64,000 nucleotides of DNA. Origin: Candidatus Latescibacterota bacterium (GTDB lineage Bacteria; Latescibacterota; UBA2968; UBA8231). The position numbers and the translations under genes were made by a program. How positions within the stretch are numbered: position 1 is the first letter of the stretch; each line of letters starts with the position of its first letter. Positions 18,979-28,279 of the stretch are shown here, piece after piece. Location: NCBI GenBank assembly GCA_965197905.1, contig CBDAOB010000005.1:1472001-1536000 (forward strand), in the 5' to 3' direction. The notes beneath the pieces were generated by a model. The model worked only from the letters and a program-made list of their open reading frames with translations. It had not been told where the DNA came from and ran no database searches.

Positions 18979-19827
18979 GTGCTCGGAGATCGCTCACCCA
19001 TACTTCTTGAGGACGTAGGTTTGACGCTCGGGGGCCGCCAGTTCTTCGACGGTGTCGGAATGGAGGTAGCCGAGGGTGAGACGGTCGTGGTCGCCGGGCC
19101 AACGGGTTGCGGCAAATCCTTGCTCTTGCGTCTCGTTCTTGGTCTTCCCGGCATGTTGGGACTTCCCGGGATGTCGGCTGGGGACGTCACCGTCAGCGGC
19201 GACATAAGGGTGTGTGGCCAGCGCTTGAGCGACCTAGGGATAGCCCAAGTTCAAGAGCTTCGGAGACAGATTGGCACCGTCTTTCGCGGCGGTGGTTTGA
19301 TCGACAATATGGATGTGCATCAGAACATCACCTTACCGCTTTATTACCATTGCTATGATTTCATGAGTCCGCAGCAGATGGACGCCCGTTGTCGCCAGGT
19401 GCTCGAAGATCTCGGGCTCGACCATCTCGATGTGTCGGGTCGGCGTCCGGTCACCTTGAACGGTTTGGAGAGGGTGTACGTCGCGCTTGCGCGGGCTTTT
19501 GTCGGCGAACCGTACATTCTCTTGCTCGACGATCCCGCCAGTGCGCTGGGATCGCGCACCGCCACCCGTTTGATGGAGCAGGTTTTCTACGCACCGCGAT
19601 TTGCTGACGGCATCTCCACCCACGAGCGCTGCGGACAACCTCTCACTCGCCTGATCGTAACGACCGAGCTAGACTACTATCTGCCGTATGGCGATCGCTT
19701 CTTCATAATCGACCAGTTGAAGGTGACGGAAGTAGGTGATCGGAGCGCGGTGATACGCAGCGAATTGGATGCGGTCAAGGATCTTTTGGCTTTTGACTAT
19801 CAAGTCGTCACCAACTTGGGATTCTGA
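18979..19827 (+). CDS. mlaF: MlaF-like ABC ATP-binding protein with degenerate motifs
   Basis: Walker A GPTGCGKS; QELRRQIG..F..GGLIDNM...NITLPL. Signature reads LNGL, Walker B LLLDDP, switch IVTTE. Confidence 0.8.
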   Translation: MLGDRSPILLEDVGLTLGGRQFFDGVGMEVAEGETVVVAGPTGCGKSLLLRLVLGLPGMLGLPGMSAGDVTVSGDIRVCGQRLSDLGIAQVQELRRQIGTVFRGGGLIDNMDVHQNITLPLYYHCYDFMSPQQMDARCRQVLEDLGLDHLDVSGRRPVTLNGLERVYVALARAFVGEPYILLLDDPASALGSRTATRLMEQVFYAPRFADGISTHERCGQPLTRLIVTTELDYYLPYGDRFFIIDQLKVTEVGDRSAVIRSELDAVKDLLAFDYQVVTNLGF

Positions 19828-19835
19828 GATCTATC

Positions 19836-20777
19836 ATGCAGCAAACGAAATTGCTTTACGAAAGGAACAGCGGGCACCTCATGGTCGGCGTTTTCGTATT
19901 GGTAGCCATTCTGCTTTTCGGATGGCTGCTGATCCGCCAGCAAGGAGGCGCTGAGAGCTACACCATCATCGCCGGATTCAACACCATCACCAATGTCAAT
20001 GAAGCCACCTCCGTACGTTTGCGAGGATTCACGGTGGGTCAGGTGGAGCGGATCGAGTTCCGACCCCAGCCTCCCGACGGCGAAACCTATTTCCTGGTCG
20101 AAATGGGGATAGAGGATGAATACCCGGTTTTTGCCGGGACCTTCGCCGAAATACAAAGCAGCGGTCTCGTAGGAGACAGCTTCATTAATCTAAACGTGAG
20201 CGAGGCCGATTCTGACGTGCTCGAGGCGGGGGCGACCATCGAAGGCAGAGATGCGCCCGGCATGAAGCAGTTGGTGGCCACCCTGACTGCCATGGCTCAC
20301 AAGCTCGGGGGAGCCGGGGAGAGCATCCGCCGCGCCGATCTCGGGTACAAGCTCGGTCGCCTGGGGGATAGCTTTCACCGCGTCGCCACCACCTTGGATC
20401 AGGTGGGGGCGAGTGCCGACAGCCTGCTGCGCGCCAGCCGCGACATGGTGGACGGGGTAGAGCCGGAGGTGGTGGGTGTGTTGAAAAATGTGGACCGGAC
20501 CCTCGGGCAGCTGCAATCCACCATCGGCCACACCGATTCGCTAGTGATCTCCACCGGGAGCGATGTTCAGTCTTCCATCAAAGCGCTGCGCGCCAGCGTC
20601 GAGCGCCTCGACACCTTGCTGCAACGAGTTGACACCTTGATGTTGGGCAAGGAAGAGGAGATCGACCGTACCTTGAGCAACCTTCACGCTGCTTCCGAAT
20701 CGGTGCGGGAGATCAGCCAGCATCCATGGAAACTGCTCATCGGCCAAGATCACGAAGAAGAGGAAGGATCGAATTGA
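19836..20777 (+). CDS. mlaD: MlaD/MCE family protein
   Basis: N-terminal TM VGVFVL; VRLRGFTVGQV; AEIQSSGLVGDSFI; long helical C-terminal region ending HPWKLL. Confidence 0.9.
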   Translation: MQQTKLLYERNSGHLMVGVFVLVAILLFGWLLIRQQGGAESYTIIAGFNTITNVNEATSVRLRGFTVGQVERIEFRPQPPDGETYFLVEMGIEDEYPVFAGTFAEIQSSGLVGDSFINLNVSEADSDVLEAGATIEGRDAPGMKQLVATLTAMAHKLGGAGESIRRADLGYKLGRLGDSFHRVATTLDQVGASADSLLRASRDMVDGVEPEVVGVLKNVDRTLGQLQSTIGHTDSLVISTGSDVQSSIKALRASVERLDTLLQRVDTLMLGKEEEIDRTLSNLHAASESVREISQHPWKLLIGQDHEEEEGSN

Positions 20778-20808
20778 GCCCCCACTTGCGATTGGGCCGG
20801 CCCATCTA

Positions 20809-21513
20809 ATGAGTGCGTGTGCGGTCAAGCTGAGTGGACTGTTTTTTGTATTGGCACTCGGTGGTCCTCTGTGTGTTGTTGCCACGGCAATAAGCGTGGA
20901 GACCAAAGATGCGCAGACGGCGGAGTTGATCAATCTCGCGGTCAGCTATCAAACAGGCGCCGGAGTCGAGAAAGACCTCGATCTCGCTCTCGAATATTAC
21001 GAGGACGCACTCAAGTTCGATCCGGAGCTCTTTCCCGCGTTGTTCAATTCGGCGCAAATCTACTACGACCAAGAAAAATTCAAGAAGTCGAGCAAGCGAT
21101 TCCGCCAAGCTGCTGCCAGCGCCAGAGAGAGCGGTGCCAAGGCCGCGTCACTGGAAGCGAGGGCCTTGAGTGGGTTGGGTTCCTGTTACCAGAAGATCGA
21201 TAAACCCAAAACGGCGGAGAAGTGGTTTCGCGCTGCGATCCGCAAAGATCCGCAATTGGTGGAAGCGCATTACAACTTGGTGAATCTTCTCGTCGCCGCG
21301 GAGAGGGAAGAAGAAGCGCGGAAAGCGCTGGCCATTGCCGAGCGCCTGGCTCCCGACAGCAAGTACGGAATCTTCGAGGGTCGCCTGAAGGCGAAAGAAG
21401 GGCAGGAGGCCACGAAAGCTGTAAGCGGTAAAGTAGCGATCGTCGCCGTAATCGCCTTGTTGATCATGTACTCTTTCTACCTGCGAATGGCACGAAGGCG
21501 CGCGAGTCGATGA
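20809..21513 (+). CDS. Sel1/TPR repeat protein with signal peptide and C-terminal membrane anchor
   Basis: NLAVSYQTGAGVEKDLDLALEYY, ALFNSAQIY, ALSGLGSCY, AHYNLVNL; hydrophobic C-terminus followed by RMARRRASR. Confidence 0.8.
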   Translation: MSACAVKLSGLFFVLALGGPLCVVATAISVETKDAQTAELINLAVSYQTGAGVEKDLDLALEYYEDALKFDPELFPALFNSAQIYYDQEKFKKSSKRFRQAAASARESGAKAASLEARALSGLGSCYQKIDKPKTAEKWFRAAIRKDPQLVEAHYNLVNLLVAAEREEEARKALAIAERLAPDSKYGIFEGRLKAKEGQEATKAVSGKVAIVAVIALLIMYSFYLRMARRRASR

Positions 21514-21537
21514 CCGACTCATGTGACGCAGGTTCGA

Positions 21538-21566
21538 TTGACCATCCGATCGCTCGCCGCTATATT
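21538..21566 (+). promoter_or_regulatory. sigma70-like promoter upstream of the cobalamin riboswitch
   Basis: TTGACC-N17-TATATT. Confidence 0.6.
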
Positions 21567-21584
21567 GCCACGGAATAGATTTAA

Positions 21585-21775
21585 CTCGGTCCAGGTGCCG
21601 GCTTGAGAGCCGGAGAATAGGGAAGGCGGTGGAATGCCGCCACGGCCCCGCCACTGTGACCGGCCGCAGGTTCTACAGGAACCTGTTTGAGCGTTCGTAC
21701 AGGCCTCAGGTCTGTCCACTGGAAATCCTCCGGGAAGGGACGAACGCATGCCGGAAGTCAGGAGACCTGCCTGGG
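21585..21775 (+). ncRNA. Cobalamin (B12) riboswitch
   Basis: CAGGTGC...AATAGGGAAGGCGGTGGAATGCCGCCACGGCCCCGCCACTGTGA...CCACTGG...GGGAAGG...AAGTCAGGAGACCTGCC (B12 box), upstream of btu-type transporter genes. Confidence 0.95.
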
Positions 21776-21827
21776 CTGTTGCTTTGTGCCTGCGTGGGTG
21801 AGGCCGAGACAGCGGAAGGAGCTTCTT

Positions 21828-21858
21828 AGCCGACCTCGAACTGAGGGCGGTTTTTTTT
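21828..21858 (+). terminator. Riboswitch expression-platform terminator
   Basis: AGCCGACCTC-GAACT-GAGGGCGGTT stem-loop running into a T8 tract, directly before ATG 21859. Confidence 0.8.
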
Positions 21859-22680
21859 ATGTGCCTACTGGAGCTTGAAAAAGCGGTATCTGGGTACCGG
21901 GCCGACCGTCCCGTTCTGCACGGTGTTGACTTGCAGCTTCACCGGGGCGACTTCGTTGGCCTGTTGGGTCCCAACGGGTGCGGCAAGAGCACCCTCATTC
22001 GCGCTATCACCGGCATCATTCCGCTTGCATCCGGCAGCGTGACCCTCGGAGGACGCCAGCTCCAGTCCCTCAATCGTCGCGAGATTGCACGCTTGGCGGG
22101 GGTAGTGCCGCAAGATGGAGCCGGTAGGTTCGCATTCTCGGTGCGGGAGGTGGTTATGATGGGGCGGCATGCGTACACGGGACGTTTCCGCAGCCCATCT
22201 CGCGAAGATGAGTCGAGTGTAACCATCGCCATGGAACAAACCCAGGTCGATCACCTGGCCACCCGCAGCGTGGTGGAATTGTCCGGTGGCGAGCGACAGC
22301 GGGTTATCATCGCCCGCGCCCTGGCTCAACGTCCCGCGGTTCTGCTGTTGGACGAACCCACGAATCACCTGGACATCAATCACCAGGTCGAGGTATTCGA
22401 TTTGTTGTATCGCTTGAACCGTGAGGAGGGGATGAGTCTTCTCTGTGTGACTCATGATCTGAACTTCGCCGCGGAGTACTGCAACAGAATCGTGTTGATG
22501 AAGGAGGGGAGAATATTTGCCCACGGGCGGCCACCGGAGGTGGTGACAGAAGCGGTTATCAACGAAGTCTACGGTGTGCGCGTCCGCGTCGCGTTGCGCG
22601 AAGATACGCCTCACGTTACCCCCGTTTTCAAGAAGGGCGGAGCCATTGAAACCGTCGAGGAGAATGCAGGTGCTGCCTAG
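21859..22680 (+). CDS. btuD: Cobalamin/Fe-siderophore ABC transporter ATP-binding subunit
   Basis: GPNGCGKST, LSGGERQR, LLLDEPT, VTHDLN; downstream of the B12 riboswitch. Confidence 0.9.
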   Translation: MCLLELEKAVSGYRADRPVLHGVDLQLHRGDFVGLLGPNGCGKSTLIRAITGIIPLASGSVTLGGRQLQSLNRREIARLAGVVPQDGAGRFAFSVREVVMMGRHAYTGRFRSPSREDESSVTIAMEQTQVDHLATRSVVELSGGERQRVIIARALAQRPAVLLLDEPTNHLDINHQVEVFDLLYRLNREEGMSLLCVTHDLNFAAEYCNRIVLMKEGRIFAHGRPPEVVTEAVINEVYGVRVRVALREDTPHVTPVFKKGGAIETVEENAGAA

Positions 22681-23566
22681 CCTGACGGTGGTGGCGATCG
22701 GCCTGGTCGTCGGTAACGTCGAATTGAGCGCAACGATAGTCGAAGTCGACGATCTGGACATCAATGTCACGTTGGAGGCTCGGCCGAAGAGAATCGTCTC
22801 GCTGTCGCCAAGCAATACCGAGCTACTTTTTGCACTGGGGGTGGGGAATCGCCTCGTCGGCGTAACGGAACATTGCAACTATCCTTCCGAGGCGGAGCAG
22901 ATCGAAAAAATAGGGGGCTTCAAGGCGCTCAGCATCGAGAAGATGCTCGCCCTCAAACCCGATCTCGTAGTTGCTATCAAGGGGAACACCCTGGAATCGT
23001 TAGAAACCCTCAGGAGCTTCGATGTACCGGTGTTTGCTCTCAACATCGGATCCGTACAGCAGCTACTGGAAGCGGTGAGCCGAGTGGGCCGCCTGACGGG
23101 TAGTCAGCATGCAGCCGACTCGTTGCGAGCCGTCCTTACTGCCCGCCTGGACGATGTGAAAGCCACCGTCGGGAAACGCGAGCGAAGACCCCGCATGATG
23201 TGGGGACATTGGGGCGAACCGATCTTCACAGCCGGGCAGAACACCTACATCGACGATGTGTTGCATCTGGCGGGCGGCGAGAATCTGGGCCGCCGGGCAC
23301 CGGGCGCCTGGCCCCAGGTCAGCCTGGAAACGGTGGTCTCGTGGGCGCCGGAGATCTTGATCACCACCATGTCGTTCACACCCCAGCGACGGGAACGGGA
23401 AATCTGCGAACTAAGGCAACGAGACGGTTGGAAGTCAATCCCGGCGGTGAAGAAGGACGGAATCGTGTTTCTCGAAGCGGATCTGTTGCTGCGTCCTGGT
23501 CCCCGCGTTTTCGAAGCGCTTGAACAGCTCGTGGCCGAGGTGGAGCGCCGCGAAATCGGTCACTAA
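22664..23566 (+). CDS. btuF: Cobalamin-binding periplasmic protein
   Basis: PKRIVSLSPSNTELLFALG, GVTEHCNYP, LKPDLV, AGGENL, LLRPGPR. Start at ATG 22664. Confidence 0.88.
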   Translation: MQVLPSLTVVAIGLVVGNVELSATIVEVDDLDINVTLEARPKRIVSLSPSNTELLFALGVGNRLVGVTEHCNYPSEAEQIEKIGGFKALSIEKMLALKPDLVVAIKGNTLESLETLRSFDVPVFALNIGSVQQLLEAVSRVGRLTGSQHAADSLRAVLTARLDDVKATVGKRERRPRMMWGHWGEPIFTAGQNTYIDDVLHLAGGENLGRRAPGAWPQVSLETVVSWAPEILITTMSFTPQRREREICELRQRDGWKSIPAVKKDGIVFLEADLLLRPGPRVFEALEQLVAEVERREIGH

Positions 23567-23567
23567 C

Positions 23568-24578
23568 ATGCCGCTGCCGTTGATGTTACTGCTCCTGCTG
23601 GTGGTCCTGGCAGGCGGGGTGATCACCTCACTTCTCACCGGACCCGTTGCTATTCCCGCAGACAAGGTCTTCCAAGTTCTGTACCAAGTATTCGATGCCG
23701 GTTCCGGCGGTGACGTGGAGATCGAGATCGTCCGTAACCTGCGGCTGCCCCAGGTGATTCTGGCGATCCTGGTGGGCGCGGCGCTGGCGCAAAGCGGCGC
23801 TGCCATGCAGGGTTTTTTCCAGAACCCGATGGCGGATCCCTTTGTCATCGGCGTCTCTGCGGGCGCGGCGCTGGGGGCGACCATCGCCGTTTTTCTCTCG
23901 TTGGACATCTGGGTGTTTGGCGTCAACGCAGTGGCGGGTTTCGCCTTCGTAGGTGCCGTTGCCATCACATTCCTGGTTTACGCGCTCTCCGCTCGAGGCG
24001 GGCGGGTCCCGGTTACGACGGTTCTTCTTACAGGTATCGCAGTCGGATCGCTCTGTACGGCCCTCACCTCCTTCCTGATGATCAGCGGTCATCACGATCT
24101 GCACAGAATTCTCTACTGGCTCATGGGCAGCCTGACCGCGCGCCGGTGGGACCACGTGCAGATGGTTTGGCCTCAGATCCTGGTCGGTCTGATATTGCTG
24201 CAGCTATTTAGCCGTGATCTAAACCTGATACTTCAGGGGGAGGAGAACGCCAAATATCTTGGCGTGGACGTTGACCGGGTCAAGAAGGTGCTTCTCCTGC
24301 TTTCGGCGATGCTCGCCGCGGCTGCGGTCTCGGTGAGCGGCATTATCGGTTTCGTCGGCCTGATAGTACCTCACGTGATGCGGCTTTTAGTGGGGCCCGA
24401 TCACCGAAAGCTCTTCCCAGCATCGATTTTGGGGGGTGCCATTCTTCTAGTGTGGGCAGATGTGCTGGCGCGGAATATCATCGCCCCCGCCGAAGTTCCC
24501 ATCGGTATCATCACCTCGGTTCTCGGTTGTCCGTTTTTCTTGATCTTGTTGTCACGCCGCCGGGAAACCGACCTCTAG
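23568..24578 (+). CDS. btuC: FecCD/BtuC family ABC permease
   Basis: LRLP, GAAMQGFFQNPMADPFVIGVSAGA, WLMGSL, GEENAKYLGV, GIIGFVGLIVPH, EVPIGIIT. Confidence 0.92.
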   Translation: MPLPLMLLLLLVVLAGGVITSLLTGPVAIPADKVFQVLYQVFDAGSGGDVEIEIVRNLRLPQVILAILVGAALAQSGAAMQGFFQNPMADPFVIGVSAGAALGATIAVFLSLDIWVFGVNAVAGFAFVGAVAITFLVYALSARGGRVPVTTVLLTGIAVGSLCTALTSFLMISGHHDLHRILYWLMGSLTARRWDHVQMVWPQILVGLILLQLFSRDLNLILQGEENAKYLGVDVDRVKKVLLLLSAMLAAAAVSVSGIIGFVGLIVPHVMRLLVGPDHRKLFPASILGGAILLVWADVLARNIIAPAEVPIGIITSVLGCPFFLILLSRRRETDL

Positions 24579-24699
24579 TTTTCGGTTCGAGACCTATCTC
24601 CAAGCTTTCGTTTTCCCATCTTCACTGCTCGTTTCTACAAAATTTTCAAAGGTTGCATCGCCATGAAGCCTTTCTTGAATTTTACATATTAGTTAGCCC

Positions 24700-24768
24700 T
24701 TGCAATTAAATTAGACTTCTCTAAATTTACAGGAAGTCATATCTAATAAATAGTTTTGTTTACTAAAC
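24700..24768 (+). promoter_or_regulatory. AT-rich promoter with a DtxR/MntR-family-like palindromic operator
   Basis: TTGCAA (24700) and TAAATT (24722) overlapped by AAATTAGACTTCTCTAAATTT (TTAG-N6-CTAA); a weaker half-match at TAGTTTTGTTTACTAAA. Confidence 0.5.
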
Positions 24769-24781
24769 CCCTCGGAGAATC

Positions 24782-25987
24782 ATGAAATACACCAGGCTAT
24801 TGTGTGGTGGCGCGTTGTGTCTCGCAATCTCGGCGTGTGACACCTTCATGTCGGAAGCCCCTACGGCGGGTGAGAGCTTCGTAGAGCCGATGGAAGGGCT
24901 AGACCACGATCTAAACAATATCTTTGCCGTTGGGGACGAAAATTTCGAACGGCCTTTTGCGATCAGCGAAGGCTTGGGTCCCATCTTCAATAATATCAGC
25001 TGCGAGGGATGCCATCCTGGCGATGGTCGCGGAACACCTGAACTTGGCTTCTTCCGCTTCAGCCGCGATGCCGATCTCGTTCCTGGAGAAGGTGGTCCGC
25101 AACACCAGGACAAGTCGATTCCGGGCATACCCCTCGAGTTGATACCCGCGGGAGTCGATCGGTCGTTTCGTATGCCGCCCCCCGCATTCGGCGTCGGCCT
25201 CATCGAAGCGATCCCGGTGGAAACGATCCTGGCAAATGAGGATCCGAACGACAGCGACGGGGATGGGATATCGGGGCGGGCGAACTGGGTGCAGGCCGCC
25301 GATTTCGTGCCTGCATCCCAAGAGGGCGGTGGCCCCGGGGTGCAGTTGGGTCGCTTTTCGCGGAAAGCCCAAGTATCCTCGCTGTTGCAGCAGGTGGCCG
25401 AGGCCTACCATCAGGACATGGGCATAACCAACGATTTTCTTCCGGAGGAGAACACCCACCCGCAAGCAGATGTTACCATGCCGCGCGGGGATTTGGTTGC
25501 CGATCCCGAGATCCCGGCGTCCACCGTGCTGGAGACGGTGATGTATGTGCGTCTACTCGCTCCACCGAATCGCGGCAAGGAGACTGCGGCGGTCCAGCAA
25601 GGCGAGGGGCTGTTCACCCAGATTGGGTGCGCATCGTGCCACACTCCCACGATGCGCACTGGACCCAACCAGATCGAGCAACTGTCCGCCGTCGATGCCA
25701 ATCTCTACTCGGATCTGCTGCTCCATGACATGGGCCCAGGTCTCGAGGACGGTCGACCTGACGGTGACGCTGACGGTCGGGAATGGCGTACGGCGCCTCT
25801 GTGGGGTCTCCGACTGGTGGCTGAATTTCTCGGCGGAACCCCGTTCTATATGCACGACGGACGCACCTCCGATCTCGACGAGGCGATACGCATGCACGGA
25901 GGGGAAGCCGAGGCGCCAAGGGATCGCTACGCGGGGCTGACGGCCGGCGAGCAGGCCGCCGTGGTGGCCTTCCTCAACTCGCTGTAG
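24782..25987 (+). CDS. Di-heme oxidoreductase (DHOR/DUF1111) family lipoprotein
   Basis: Lipobox AISAC; GLGPIFNNISCEGCH; PPAFGVGLIEAIP; DPNDSDGDGISGRAN; GRFSRKA; GCASCH; YSDLLLHDMG; WRTAPLWG; MHDGR; HGGEA. Confidence 0.92.
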   Translation: MKYTRLLCGGALCLAISACDTFMSEAPTAGESFVEPMEGLDHDLNNIFAVGDENFERPFAISEGLGPIFNNISCEGCHPGDGRGTPELGFFRFSRDADLVPGEGGPQHQDKSIPGIPLELIPAGVDRSFRMPPPAFGVGLIEAIPVETILANEDPNDSDGDGISGRANWVQAADFVPASQEGGGPGVQLGRFSRKAQVSSLLQQVAEAYHQDMGITNDFLPEENTHPQADVTMPRGDLVADPEIPASTVLETVMYVRLLAPPNRGKETAAVQQGEGLFTQIGCASCHTPTMRTGPNQIEQLSAVDANLYSDLLLHDMGPGLEDGRPDGDADGREWRTAPLWGLRLVAEFLGGTPFYMHDGRTSDLDEAIRMHGGEAEAPRDRYAGLTAGEQAAVVAFLNSL

Positions 25988-25988
25988 C

Positions 25989-26429
25989 GTGGCCTCTGAT
26001 ACGGACAGCCAGATTTCCCGTCGCGATTTCATAACACGCCTAGGTCTGGTTGGGCTGGCCTGTACCGAATTGACCGCCTGTGCGGGAACACCCCGGTATC
26101 AAGGGGTGGTTGAACGCGGAGTTCTGGCGCTGAATCGAGTGGAAATCGAGGTCTTGCTCGGCGAACACTCGGCCATCGTGGTTTTCGCTCCAGGCTGGGA
26201 CGAGTCTTTGGTTCTCAGCCGTCGCCCTGACGGTGCTTTCCGGGCTGTGAGTTCGAGGTGTACTCATATGGGTTGCCAGGTACGCCCTGGCGGACGTTTT
26301 CTCACCTGTCCATGTCATGGTTCGACCTTTGACTTGGAGGGGCACGTCGTCCGCGGTCCCGCTGCGAAGCCGCTTGCCCAGTACAGGGTGTCTGAAACGA
26401 GTAACGCGTTGGAAGTCAACGCTCTATAG
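25989..26429 (+). CDS. Tat-exported Rieske [2Fe-2S] protein
   Basis: SRRDFI twin-arginine motif; CTHMGC and CPCHGSTF; GPA..PL. Confidence 0.92.
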   Translation: MASDTDSQISRRDFITRLGLVGLACTELTACAGTPRYQGVVERGVLALNRVEIEVLLGEHSAIVVFAPGWDESLVLSRRPDGAFRAVSSRCTHMGCQVRPGGRFLTCPCHGSTFDLEGHVVRGPAAKPLAQYRVSETSNALEVNAL

Positions 26430-26451
26430 GAATGACCTGAAAGGAATTATC

Positions 26452-27618
26452 ATGAGATTGAGGATCTGGATCGCAGTACTAGTGGCAGGGTTGGCGCTCG
26501 AGTTTAACCCGGCTGCGGCAGAAAGCGAAACGCCGTCTCGACCGTTCGTCAAAGGTGGCATAGACGACAAACCCTTCATCGCCTCGACGAGCAATCAAGC
26601 CCGGGTCGGCGGGTACATGGAAGCGCATTTCAGATACGAGCGGGAAGAAGGGGTTACCGAAGAGCTGACGTTCGAGCCGAAGCGGTTTAACATCTTCACT
26701 TTTGCTCCGGTTTCGGATCGTGTGCGCGTTGCTTCCGAGCTAGAATTCGAGGAGGGTGGGGAGGAGATTAAGATCGAAATAGCTGTTCTGGATTTCGAGC
26801 TTCATCCCGCGGTGACCTTTCGCGGCGGCATCATTCTCTCGCCGTTGGGCCGGTTCAATCTGGCCCACGACAGCCCAACGAACGAGCTCACCGGTCGGCC
26901 GCTGGTGAGTACGGAGATCATTCCTACCGCTCTTTCGGAGGCTGGGATGGGATTCTACGGCGCCTGGTATCCCACGGACCAGTCCCGGGTTACCTACGAG
27001 GTTTATGGTGTTAACGGCTTCGGGGATGGCGTGATCCTGGGCGATCCGGAGGGCACGAGAATCGGTGCCGGCAAAGGCAATCTGGAAGACAACAACAACC
27101 GGCCCGCGTGGGTGGGTCGTGTCGGCTTCAGCCCGGCCGCGTCGCAGGAGATAGGTCTCTCCGTTCACACGGGACCGTACAACACCTGGATGGCGGAGGA
27201 TCTCACCATCGATGAAAAACGCAATCTGACGATTCTCGCGCTCGACTGGGAATGGACCCGGGACCGTTTCGATCTGCTGGGAGAATACGCCAAAGCCTCC
27301 CTCGATGTCCCAGGAGAAACCGGCATCTTTTCAGAAAGTCAGGAGGGGGTGTACGTTCAGATCAATGCTCGTTTTGGTCGCGGTTTCGTCTCCCGCCTCC
27401 CGGATTCGAACTTCACCGCGGTTGTGCGCCTAGGTGCTGTCGACTTCGATGCCGATGCCGACGGGGACAGCGAGCGCCGAATCACCTTTGGTTGCAACTT
27501 CAGGCCAACGCCGGACACGGTATTCAAGCTCGATTACCAGCGCAATCAGTCACGGGATCCGTTCGAAAACGAAGCCAAGGGGGCCGCGCTTCTCTTCAGC
27601 GTTGCTTCCTACTTTTAG
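26452..27618 (+). CDS. Outer membrane beta-barrel porin (OprO/P-like)
   Basis: Signal peptide; VGGYMEAHF, SELEFE, PLGRFNLAHD...RPLV...IIPT..SEAG, VFKLDY; terminal SVASYF. Confidence 0.78.
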   Translation: MRLRIWIAVLVAGLALEFNPAAAESETPSRPFVKGGIDDKPFIASTSNQARVGGYMEAHFRYEREEGVTEELTFEPKRFNIFTFAPVSDRVRVASELEFEEGGEEIKIEIAVLDFELHPAVTFRGGIILSPLGRFNLAHDSPTNELTGRPLVSTEIIPTALSEAGMGFYGAWYPTDQSRVTYEVYGVNGFGDGVILGDPEGTRIGAGKGNLEDNNNRPAWVGRVGFSPAASQEIGLSVHTGPYNTWMAEDLTIDEKRNLTILALDWEWTRDRFDLLGEYAKASLDVPGETGIFSESQEGVYVQINARFGRGFVSRLPDSNFTAVVRLGAVDFDADADGDSERRITFGCNFRPTPDTVFKLDYQRNQSRDPFENEAKGAALLFSVASYF

Positions 27619-27706
27619 CGTCCTCAATACACCAAACATATCACGGGACATGGGCGCCTTCTTCCCCGGGTGCCGGTCTTTTCCGTGCCCCGAGGAAATC
27701 GTCGGA

Positions 27707-28279
27707 ATGAAGCCGGTAGTAGTCGTCTCGGGGTTGCCGCGCTCGGGCACTTCCATGATGATGAAGATGCTGGAAGCCGCTGGCATCGAGCCGATTGTCG
27801 ACCAACATCGAGCCGCCGACGAGGACAACCCGCAAGGGTATTACGAATTCGAACCAGTCAAACGTCTTGAGCTCGATCACGCCTGGCTGGCTGAATCAGG
27901 CGGTCGATCAGTAAAGGTGGTCTCGCGGCTTCTCGTCCATCTACCGGGAGAATACCGGTATCGGATCATTTTCATGCGCCGACGAATGGTTGAGATTCTC
28001 GCCTCGCATCGGGCGATGTTAGAGCGCCGCGGCGCCCAGAAAACACAGCCGCCGGATGAAACGATGAATGTGCTGTTTGAAAAACATCTCGACGAGGTCG
28101 GACACTGGCTGCAGGAGCAAGAGAATGTCGAGGTGCTCTTCGTAAGCTACAACGAGGTCTTGGAAAACGCCGCGGAACACGTGGCGAGGATCGGGTCCTT
28201 TCTCGAGTTTGAAACAGGACTGGATGCCATGGAGGATGCAGTGGATCGGGAGTTGTACCGGCAGCGATCACCATGTTGA
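27707..28279 (+). CDS. Sulfotransferase family protein
   Basis: VVVSGLPRSGTSMMM (5'-PSB loop), DNPQGYYE, IFMRR...ILAS, VSYNEV, LYRQR. Confidence 0.85.
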   Translation: MKPVVVVSGLPRSGTSMMMKMLEAAGIEPIVDQHRAADEDNPQGYYEFEPVKRLELDHAWLAESGGRSVKVVSRLLVHLPGEYRYRIIFMRRRMVEILASHRAMLERRGAQKTQPPDETMNVLFEKHLDEVGHWLQEQENVEVLFVSYNEVLENAAEHVARIGSFLEFETGLDAMEDAVDRELYRQRSPC

